From NCBI GenBank assembly GCA_030689285.1, contig JAUYJM010000009.1:1-34920 (forward strand): a stretch of DNA of 34,920 nucleotides, read 5' to 3'. The notes beneath the pieces are model-generated. The model worked only from the letters and a program-made list of their open reading frames with translations, did no database searches and was not told the DNA's origin. Below are positions 1 through 6,631 of this stretch, one piece after another (position 1 is the first letter of the stretch; each line of letters begins with the position of its first letter). The position numbers and the translations under genes are program-made. This DNA is from a bacterium (GTDB taxonomy: Bacteria; Patescibacteriota; Minisyncoccia; Phycocordibacterales; GCA-002787175).

Positions 1-86
1 TTGCCTGACTGCTTCATAAGAGCGTCCACAAGAGTGGTTTTGCCGTGGTCAACGTGAGCGATAATTGCTATATTGCGAATTTCCAT
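1..86 (-). CDS. typA: GTP-binding translation factor TypA/BipA, first 28 codons only (gene runs off the left edge)
   Basis: The reverse complement of 1-86 translates to [28 protein letters not shown]. This is the P-loop N-terminus typical of TypA/BipA (AHVDHGKTT, versus AHIDHGKST in LepA). It is too short to appear in the ORF track. Confidence 0.75.
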   Translation of the reverse strand, partial: MEIRNIAIIAHVDHGKTTLVDALMKQSG

Positions 87-98
87 AAAATAAAAGAA

Positions 99-114
99 AA
101 GCCCATCCGGGCTT
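99..114 (-). promoter_or_regulatory. Terminator-like hairpin in the typA 5' leader (possible attenuator)
   Basis: On the minus strand the sequence reads AAGCCCggatGGGCTT followed by TTCTTTTATTTT, then the typA ATG 12 nt later. Confidence 0.35.
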
Positions 115-125
115 GTTTCTCTTCC

Positions 126-154
126 ATTTAATCATTAAAACTGTTATTTGGCAA
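126..154 (-). promoter_or_regulatory. Sigma70-like promoter for typA
   Basis: Minus strand has TTGCCA (149-154), a 17-nt spacer and TTAAAT (126-131), about 40 nt upstream of the typA ATG. Confidence 0.35.
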
Positions 155-185
155 GCACAACGTAAATAAGCACCCCAATTTAAAG

Positions 186-300
186 GAAGTATCGCCTCTT
201 GGGCGGGGAGGGCTTTTTTCTCCCTTTCGTAAAGGGAGTACCCGAGTCGGCGAGGGGGAGGGATTTCTAAATCCTCCGTCATCAGAATCTCTCAATTCCA
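186..300. repeat. Mosaic intergenic repeat block (modules shared with 1475-1760, 6494-6587, 29795-30240)
   Basis: 234-256 (gggagtacccgagtcggcgag) is the reverse complement of 30150-30170. 257-289 (ggagggatttctaaatcctccgtca) recurs at 6551-6587 and, inverted, at 29858-29893. The ttctccctttcgtaaaggg word recurs at 1509 and 1591. Confidence 0.65.
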
Positions 301-348
301 TTCGAGATAAATAACCACCCCTCTCCCATTTCTATATATATTTAATCA

Positions 349-384
349 TAAAAAAACCCGCCGCAACTCTCGTTGCTAAGCGGG
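349..384 (-). terminator. Rho-independent terminator of the 404-919 gene
   Basis: Minus strand reads CCCGCTTAGCAACgagaGTTGCGGCGGG followed by TTTTTTT, 20 nt after the stop codon. Confidence 0.7.
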
Positions 385-403
385 TTTGGGGTTGCGACAC
401 CCT

Positions 404-919
404 CTACTCTTCGTACTGACACTGACAGAACTCTGGCAAAAGTCCGCAGTTCGGACATTCTTCGTTGGCATGCTCCAGCCATAAGGGAATTTCTTCTTCC
501 TCGTGACATGGTAGTCCCATTTGTGGAACTTCAAGTGTGTGGTCGTCATCGTCCGGAGTGCAGGTGCACTTTGAACCAAACTCCCCACAATCTTGGCACG
601 GCCATTCGTTCGCTAACTCCTCGTAATAGAGCTCTTCTGCTCTTTCATTTTCGAGGGCTTCTGCTTCGGACTTTTTCTCGATCCATGCTTTAGCTAATGC
701 TTGGCTTTCTTCGCATTTGCGCAGCTCTTCTTCGAGATCGATCGGCTGGCGATGCTCTTTCTCTGGCAGTTGATCATCGGTCGCTGGATTAATCCATTGA
801 CGCAACTCTTCATCTGTAAGAGTGGAGTACCACTTTTCAATCTGCCTGTCTGATCTGTAGTTTTTGCAAACTTGAACTAATTTTTGTACTTTTTCAACGA
901 GCCATTTGGTGATAGACAT
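404..919 (-). CDS. Hypothetical acidic protein with a duplicated C-terminal CxxCG-x5-CxC motif
   Basis: 171-aa ORF with AAAGGA 8 nt upstream of the ATG, its own consensus promoter and its own terminator. The C-terminus carries CQDCGEFGSKCTC and CPNCGLLPEFCQC. No family was recognised. Confidence 0.6.
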   Translation of the reverse strand: MSITKWLVEKVQKLVQVCKNYRSDRQIEKWYSTLTDEELRQWINPATDDQLPEKEHRQPIDLEEELRKCEESQALAKAWIEKKSEAEALENERAEELYYEELANEWPCQDCGEFGSKCTCTPDDDDHTLEVPQMGLPCHEEEEIPLWLEHANEECPNCGLLPEFCQCQYEE

Positions 920-1096
920 AATATTCCTTTGTTTTTACCAACGTGATTGTCGGTAATTTAAGAAATACCCATTCTTTCTTGCACCCTTTATGGGGTGTGG
1001 GAGAATGCTATCTCGGTTGCCGCCGTACCCAGTAATGGCAACTTTGTCTTCCTCAAACCCGGGAAGTAGGATAGATACTTAATAACACCTTTCTTT

Positions 1097-1125
1097 ATTA
1101 TACACCTTCTGTGCAAATTTGTCAA
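1097..1125 (-). promoter_or_regulatory. Consensus sigma70 promoter driving the 404-919 gene through a ~170-nt leader
   Basis: Minus strand has TTGACA (1120-1125), a 17-nt spacer and TATAAT (1097-1102). Both hexamers match the consensus perfectly. Confidence 0.6.
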
Positions 1126-1148
1126 TGATTAGTGAAGTGCGGAGAATT

Positions 1149-1189
1149 AAAAAAATGGCTCTGTTCTGTTGCAGGCAGAAGCAGAGCCA
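1149..1189 (-). terminator. Rho-independent terminator ending the candidate ncRNA
   Basis: Minus strand reads TGGCTCTGcTTCTGcctgcaaCAGAACAGAGCCA followed by TTTTTTT. No T-run follows in the plus orientation. Confidence 0.7.
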
Positions 1190-1431
1190 CATAACCATCC
1201 CGAGATGGTTGTTTCCGTCCACATAACCGGAAGAGCGCCCCGAATCATTGGGAATCTTGCTTGGTTATTGGACGGCAATCAAAGCTGGGGACATCCGCGA
1301 ACTCAACTCAACCTTGAGGTCTTGTCTTCGCGTTTTGTCGGCCGTGTGGGGCTGGCCTAACCTTCACAGACATTTCCTCTTCAACCAGAAAAAAGGTTGA
1401 GGAGCTCAGTCGCGGAGGCCCCAGCTAAATC
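1149..1431 (-). ncRNA. Candidate independent structured RNA (~283 nt), class unknown
   Basis: Its own promoter (1439-1466) and intrinsic terminator (1149-1189) bracket a region with no credible ORF. A long-range helix pairs 1283-1300 with 1410-1426 (AGCTGGGG/CCCCAGCT plus TCCGCGA/TCGCGGA). Further helices are 1263-1275 with 1215-1228, and hairpins at 1194-1210 and 1376-1403. Confidence 0.4.
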
Positions 1432-1438
1432 TTTTAAG

Positions 1439-1466
1439 ATAATAAACCTTCCTGTTTTTTTGTCAA
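1439..1466 (-). promoter_or_regulatory. Sigma70-like promoter of the candidate ncRNA
   Basis: Minus strand has TTGACA (1461-1466), a 16-nt spacer and TATTAT (1439-1444). The predicted transcription start lies just 5' of the first helix strand. Confidence 0.45.
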
Positions 1467-1474
1467 CTTATATG

Positions 1475-1760
1475 TCAGTAACCCCTCACACCTGCCGAAG
1501 AACGGCTTTTATTCTCCCTTTCGTAAATCCTCCGTCTCGCAGACTCGCCACCTCCTTTAACAAAGGAGGAATAAAGAAGAGCCGAGGAATTTATTCTCCC
1601 TTTCGTAAAGGGTGAGGAAGCGAACACTTGGAGCTTCCGCAAGGATGGAGCGCGACGGCGCGAGTCAGGCCCGAAAGATTTTTCCAGCCAGAAAAATACT
1701 TTTGGGTACCCGAAGGGGGAGGGATTTTTAAATCCTATTCGCCCCCAAATCAATCCACAT
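1475..1760. repeat. Mosaic intergenic repeat block
   Basis: 1611-1704 is about 94% identical (88 of 94) to the reverse complement of 29986-30079. The ttattctccctttcgtaaa word occurs twice (1509, 1591). The gggagggatttttaaatcc hairpin module is at 1725-1745. Confidence 0.75.
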
Positions 1761-1915
1761 TTTTGTTTGCCGATTTTGGGGCGGGGGTGGTACAATAGTT
1801 GGTATCGGGGGGTACCGGCTTATAAACCCATGTCCTACCTTCCAAAGAAGGCAAAACCTTACAAAAAACGAAAACTTCAGTTAATTTTATGACACAAGTC
1901 CTGACGTTACAATAC

Positions 1916-1936
1916 GAGAGAGAGAGAGAGAGAGAG
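1916..1936. repeat. (GA)10 dinucleotide microsatellite
   Basis: The run gagagagagagagagagagag is read directly, about 195 nt upstream of the start of the large surface-protein gene. Confidence 0.95.
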
Positions 1937-2129
1937 TAAAAAATACCCCGAAGAACACCATCCCAGTAGTAAAGTGGAACTTACTACGGGACGAGAAGCT
2001 GTCTACGAGGCCGGTTCACAGGGTCTTTGCTTACCCGAAAGCGAATGTAGCGCACTCCGCTACTTCGGTGTTTTCAAATGTCTCCGTTAAGTCACCGTTT
2101 TTGCGGTGCTTTTTGTTACATATTGGTGT

Positions 2130-5100
2130 ATGAAATACAACCACTCTATTAAAATTACTCTCTCCATTCTTGTCACGATTCTCGGTGTTGCATTTTTTCT
2201 GCCAGAAACTACGTATGCCGCGACGGGGGATATCACAGCGGTGCGAATTACTCCTCATAGTGGAATCACAGACGGCTGGATGGCAGAGATAGACATAGAG
2301 GGCTTTGTGACGGGAGGGTCTGCGAACTACGGACTGGAAGAAGATGCTGATGCCAATACCATAGACAGCGACCCGGCGAACGCTAAAGTCATTTTGACGG
2401 GAACTTCTCCCGGATATAATACATCCGGAGTACTTGGGACAATCAGTCGCACGGTATATGGTACGAAAACAATCCGCAAACCGTATCCCGACAATACTTC
2501 AAGTGATCATTCCGCCATGGAAGAAGCCGAATCCGGAGGCACTCTCACTATCAAAGTCGCTCTCTCTGAATTCATCTATGACGAGGACACAGTTACCATC
2601 TCAATCTCCAATGGTTGGTACACAGACAGTGGAGCCGGAGGCACGAGTGGCACAAGTAACGCGGTGACCAATCTGGCAGTCACAAACAGCTCCGCGCTTT
2701 CATATCCCAAAACCATCGGCCGTTGGGCATGGCCCGGCTATGACCGAGTAACTGATGATTTTCTTGTTGAGGCCGTGATATTTCACAAATTTGCTCAAAA
2801 TGGCAAACCAGTGGCAGCAGTTGCTTTTGAAGCAAGTGACCAAAGTGGCAACACGGTTTATGCCACTACTACAGCCATGACAATAACCACGAGGACAGGC
2901 GATGCCAATGTCGTCCTTGTCTACGCCGCCACCATGGACATTGACGCTCTTACTCAAGGTGATGTTATTGATGTCAATTTCAAAGCGTATCCCTGGGTAG
3001 GAAATGCTGACTCAACTTTGGATTCACGCACAACTGCCGATGGTTTTGCACAGCCAGACGAACGCCTTGGTCCTTTACACTTTTTGAATGACAAAAGTGG
3101 AACATATGGCATTGGTTATGCTTTGGTATCAACTAACGGAGATGACAGCACCGGCACGGTCTATTCATCTCAAGTTGCCGCAGAAGCAGGAAACGCTTTT
3201 TTAACCATAGGGGGAGCAGGGGCGGCATTAAAGACATATCACAATACTAACCACAGCAGAAACAATGCCGGCGGAGGCATCATACTTCTCGCAGAAGGAG
3301 ACCATGCGTATCCCGGAACGCTCCCGGCTTCAGACCTTGGAACCGCTATGGATACATGGCTTATCATCAAGCCAGCTTCAACAGCAGAAAGACCCAATAC
3401 AAAAATCAGTCAAGGTGCCGGTCTTTCAGACACGCTAAAAGCGCTCCGAGTGAAAGTTGAGGGTATGACTTTGAGTCCGAGTGTTTCTTCAGGCAGTCAC
3501 AGCGGTTTTCGTGGGCGTCCAACAACAGATTCTTTATGGCTTCATAACAATACAATCAACGCGACTTCAAGCAATCCACTTCGCGGATGGATGACACTAT
3601 ATGCTACACAAAATGCCGTTACGGCTCTGACGAATGGTTTTATCGCTAATGTCGGAACTGTCAGGGGACCATTTGCGCTGGTGCGTGGCAATGATTCTAC
3701 CCCGCTTGTTACAAGTCATTTATACACGGTGCTGGGTAACAAGAATGTAACAAGCACGTTTCTTGAAGGATTTACATCACAAGCAGTAACCGTTTTAGGT
3801 ATGGCGACAAGTACCAATGCCATTTTCGCTTTCAATAGCATATATAACATGACTGGTTATGTGATCTGGTCGCAAGAGGACTCCACAGGGTTGGCCATAG
3901 TACAAAATGTCTTTGAGCGTGTTGCGGGTAATGATACTGGTGTCATGAATTTAAGTACTGGTACGGCCACGACTTCAAATGTTGTTGTCTGGCATAATAC
4001 CTTTACCGGAGACCGTCATCAGTGGGGGTACAATGACGAAGGTACTAAAAGCACCGCTAAATTGAATTGGGGGGAAAAGTTTAACATTTTTACTGAAAAA
4101 GGACAAAAAACCGACACATATGGACTTGAACCCAATGGGGTTCGTGTAGGTAATTGGCCGCTGGTGAATGGAGTTGGTTACATTGGAAATAAGAGTTTAA
4201 CAAGCTCTTTTGAGTGTGATTTTTGCGGACTTTTCGCTCAATGGGGGCCGACAGGTTCGTATTTAACATCTGGATTTACTAATGATAAGTCCAAAAATAC
4301 CGGATCAAATGACGGAGATGGGGATTATACGCTTACGGCGACTTCCAATTCAATTGACTCGGCCACAACAACATCTTCTTTTTACCAACTCCTCCCCTAC
4401 GACTTCCTCGGCAACCCCATCTACGGCTCTCCCGACTCCGGCGCCTACGAATACCAGCCACCCTACACCATGGGCACGCACAATGTTGCCACCTCATCTG
4501 TTGTTCGTATGTATGGCGATGAAAAATGGAGAGTGAAAACTGCCACAACCACAAGCGGCACGGCAGACCTTTCCATCACCATCCCCGGAAGCGACACCTC
4601 CGAATGGCTGGATGTAGAGGTCTCCCTTTGGAACACAAGTGGCACATATCAAAAAACCTGGACGGAGATGAGCAGTACGACGGGACTGACCAATACCGTC
4701 CATGTAGTTGGAGACCTACAAGCCAACAATTACTACACTGTCTCTGTTGATGGTGTTGCCGGCTCAAACATCACCGGAGACGACTGTACATCAGGCGTCT
4801 GTCTTTCCAACGGCTCCGGAGAGATTACTTTTACCTACACAGGCACCTACTCCGAACACGAGTTTGATATCACTGACGAAACCGCTCCCACCATCACCAA
4901 CGTCTCCTCCGACAAAGCCAACGGCACCTACACCACAGACGAGGTCATAGACATTGATATCACATTCTCCGAAACCGTAACCTCCACCGGAAACGTAACA
5001 GTAACATTAGATACAGGGCAAACCTGCACCTTTACTGTTACAGACAGCGCAACTGGCACCTGTAACTACACCGTGGTAGCAGACGACTCATCTTCTGATT

Positions 5101-6284
5101 TAACCGTCTCCACCATAACGGGAACAATAGAAGACAGCGCGGGAAACGCTATGACTAATTTTGTACCTACGACGAACCTTGCCGCAAACAAAGCCATTGT
5201 CATTGACACTGGCACTCCCGTCCTCTCCGCCGGCTCCCCATCGGGAGAGCAATCGGCAGGCACCACCTCGGTAACTCTCTCCCTCACCACCAATGAATCA
5301 GCCCTCTGTAAATACGGCACAACCGCAAGCACCGCCTATGCTTCCATCGCCAACACATTCTCCGCCACCTCCACTTCACATTCAACCACCATCTCGGGCC
5401 TCACAAACGCCACTTCCTACTCCTACTACATCCGCTGTCAGGACGCCGGAGGAAACACCAACAGTAGCGACTACACCATTTCATTCTCGGTAGCTGCCGC
5501 GGCTTCAAGCGCCGCTTCCGGTAACTCCGCGCCGGGGAGTGTAGGTATAGGTAAGTCCAACCTGCCTCCACCTCGTCTCCAGATAATCTACCCCGACGGC
5601 ACCGTCGTCTATTTGGACGAAGATGCTCCAAGTCCTGAAACAGACACAGGAGCTGCACCCAGAGATACCTCGCCGTCTACAGGGGACTCTGCGATTCCTG
5701 TAATCTCTCCCTCCTTTACTAAAGCCATGAGCTTCGGAGATGAGAATGATGATGTGCGCCGTCTCCAAACCCTCCTTGCAGAAGACCCCGACATATACCC
5801 AAGAGGACTCATCACCGGCTACTTTGGGTCGCTCACTGAAGCGGCGGTCCAACGCTTTCAAGTGAAGTACGGCATCACCGACCAAGGCACTCCTCTGACC
5901 ACCGGATACGGCCTTGTGGGACCAAAGACCAGAGAAAAGTTGGAAGAGGTCTTTGGAAACTTAACAGTCGCCCCTCTAACGGGAGCTTCCCCCGTTCTCA
6001 CTGCATCTTCCTTCACCCGCGACCTCAAACTCGGCGATTCAGGCGATGATGTCAAGGCCCTCCAGCAGTACTTAAACTGCGTTGGCTTTACTATTTCAAG
6101 TGAAGGACCCGGCTCTTCCGGAAATGAGACAAACTATTTCGGTTCCCTGACTAAAGCGGCTCTTGTGGCATTCCAAAACGCTTTTGCTGATGAGATTCTC
6201 GCTCCACTCAATCTTTCAGAAGGCACGGGATACTTTGGAGAAAGAACGAGGAAGGGGATGGAAGGGTATCGGTGTAGTCGGTAG
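2130..6284 (+). CDS. Large secreted cell-surface protein with signal peptide, right-handed beta-helix-like region, Ig/Fn3-like domains and two C-terminal peptidoglycan-binding (PG_binding_1-like) repeats
   Basis: The ATG at 2130 gives MKYNHSIKITLSILVTILGVAFFLPETTYA, a signal peptide. The motif DFLGNPIYGSPDSGAYEY is the D-x-x-G-x-x-R/x...GAYE ending common to beta-helix domains. Ig-like segments include TAPTITNVSSDKANGTYTTDEVIDIDITFSE and a 'CKYGTT...YYIRCQDAGGN' module. Two GD-x-x-DDV-x-x-LQ...YFGSLT-x-AA repeats match PG_binding_1. Confidence 0.85.
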   Translation: MKYNHSIKITLSILVTILGVAFFLPETTYAATGDITAVRITPHSGITDGWMAEIDIEGFVTGGSANYGLEEDADANTIDSDPANAKVILTGTSPGYNTSGVLGTISRTVYGTKTIRKPYPDNTSSDHSAMEEAESGGTLTIKVALSEFIYDEDTVTISISNGWYTDSGAGGTSGTSNAVTNLAVTNSSALSYPKTIGRWAWPGYDRVTDDFLVEAVIFHKFAQNGKPVAAVAFEASDQSGNTVYATTTAMTITTRTGDANVVLVYAATMDIDALTQGDVIDVNFKAYPWVGNADSTLDSRTTADGFAQPDERLGPLHFLNDKSGTYGIGYALVSTNGDDSTGTVYSSQVAAEAGNAFLTIGGAGAALKTYHNTNHSRNNAGGGIILLAEGDHAYPGTLPASDLGTAMDTWLIIKPASTAERPNTKISQGAGLSDTLKALRVKVEGMTLSPSVSSGSHSGFRGRPTTDSLWLHNNTINATSSNPLRGWMTLYATQNAVTALTNGFIANVGTVRGPFALVRGNDSTPLVTSHLYTVLGNKNVTSTFLEGFTSQAVTVLGMATSTNAIFAFNSIYNMTGYVIWSQEDSTGLAIVQNVFERVAGNDTGVMNLSTGTATTSNVVVWHNTFTGDRHQWGYNDEGTKSTAKLNWGEKFNIFTEKGQKTDTYGLEPNGVRVGNWPLVNGVGYIGNKSLTSSFECDFCGLFAQWGPTGSYLTSGFTNDKSKNTGSNDGDGDYTLTATSNSIDSATTTSSFYQLLPYDFLGNPIYGSPDSGAYEYQPPYTMGTHNVATSSVVRMYGDEKWRVKTATTTSGTADLSITIPGSDTSEWLDVEVSLWNTSGTYQKTWTEMSSTTGLTNTVHVVGDLQANNYYTVSVDGVAGSNITGDDCTSGVCLSNGSGEITFTYTGTYSEHEFDITDETAPTITNVSSDKANGTYTTDEVIDIDITFSETVTSTGNVTVTLDTGQTCTFTVTDSATGTCNYTVVADDSSSDLTVSTITGTIEDSAGNAMTNFVPTTNLAANKAIVIDTGTPVLSAGSPSGEQSAGTTSVTLSLTTNESALCKYGTTASTAYASIANTFSATSTSHSTTISGLTNATSYSYYIRCQDAGGNTNSSDYTISFSVAAAASSAASGNSAPGSVGIGKSNLPPPRLQIIYPDGTVVYLDEDAPSPETDTGAAPRDTSPSTGDSAIPVISPSFTKAMSFGDENDDVRRLQTLLAEDPDIYPRGLITGYFGSLTEAAVQRFQVKYGITDQGTPLTTGYGLVGPKTREKLEEVFGNLTVAPLTGASPVLTASSFTRDLKLGDSGDDVKALQQYLNCVGFTISSEGPGSSGNETNYFGSLTKAALVAFQNAFADEILAPLNLSEGTGYFGERTRKGMEGYRCSR

Positions 6285-6309
6285 GTAAACGCGTTAATAC
6301 GGAGGCGTA

Positions 6310-6332
6310 ATACGGAGGCGTTGCCTCCGTAT
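6310..6332 (+). terminator. Perfect 10-bp hairpin after the surface-protein gene (no U-tract)
   Basis: ATACGGAGGCgttGCCTCCGTAT, preceded by a direct duplicate of taatacggaggcg. Confidence 0.35.
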
Positions 6333-6408
6333 GACAATCAAATCTCGAAATTTTCAATGCCACAAACTCGTGAGCAGTGTTCGCCCCTCCTTGCTTGCTT
6401 TCTTGTTT

Positions 6409-6463
6409 GAAAATTGACTCATTGTAAATTGATTGAAAATTGTAAATTGTAAAATTGAAAATT
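6409..6463. repeat. AAAATTG(T/A)AAA word array
   Basis: The sequence is gaaaattgactcattgtaaattgattgaaaattgtaaattgtaaaattgaaaatt. The same words occur at 20586-20612 (inverted) and 20951-20975. Confidence 0.6.
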
Positions 6464-6493
6464 CCCTCGCCTCTTTCCATACATCCCCCCAAG

Positions 6494-6587
6494 GCACCCC
6501 CTTTGCTCCACCGCTAAGCTTGGGCGACATGCGGTATGAAAGGGGGAATAGGAGGAAAAAATCCTCCGTCACATAAGAGTATGACAC
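6494..6587. repeat. Mosaic repeat modules X+Y immediately upstream of lepA
   Basis: 6494-6550 matches the reverse complement of 29801-29857. 6551-6587 matches the reverse complement of 29858-29893. The two modules sit in swapped order at the two loci. Confidence 0.65.
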
Positions 6588-6631
6588 GAGAGGAGTTTTT
6601 TAAAGACGGATTTTCTGGTATTGTGTGTCGT

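Noticed and set aside
373-693. A 106-aa (+) ORF and a 70-aa (-) ORF overlapping the 404-919 gene.
   Set aside because: They are antisense or alternative-frame shadows of the longer minus-strand ORF, which has its own promoter, RBS and terminator.
1361-1382. GAAGAGGAAATGTCTG on the minus strand, resembling the RNase P CR-I (GAGGAAAGUCC) after a P3-like hairpin.
   Set aside because: The 5' end pairs with the middle of the RNA and not its 3' end. No CR-IV/V (ACAGAA...CCGG pairing) or specificity domain could be found, so the resemblance is judged coincidental.
1785-1793. GGGTGGTAC, matching the core of the T-box motif.
   Set aside because: Only 9-10 of 14 consensus positions match. There is no specifier or antiterminator architecture, the downstream gene is not an aminoacyl-tRNA synthetase or amino-acid gene, and the match sits in a repeat-rich region.
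1475-1795. A 106-aa ORF (-) and a 72-aa ORF (+) across the 1475-1760 repeat block.
   Set aside because: They run through mosaic repeat modules whose other copies are in different frames or orientations. There are no translation signals, and the products are repeat-derived (SPFTKG, FVKGG).
1775-1850. tRNA-like appearance (ggtggtacaatagttggtatc ... cttataa).
   Set aside because: No consistent acceptor, D or T stems can be drawn, and no GTTCRANYC T-loop is present.
4282-6055. More than a dozen overlapping ORFs of 60-126 aa on both strands inside the surface-protein gene.
   Set aside because: They lie in alternative frames of a long, well-supported ORF in a GC- and C-rich, stop-poor stretch. 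Their products are low-complexity Pro/Arg/Ser strings. They are shadow ORFs.
6536-6631. A 32-codon N-terminal extension of LepA from the ORF track.
   Set aside because: The extension is encoded by mosaic repeat modules X and Y (6494-6587), and the conserved LepA N-terminus begins at MRNIRNF. The ATG at 6581 remains a possible alternative.
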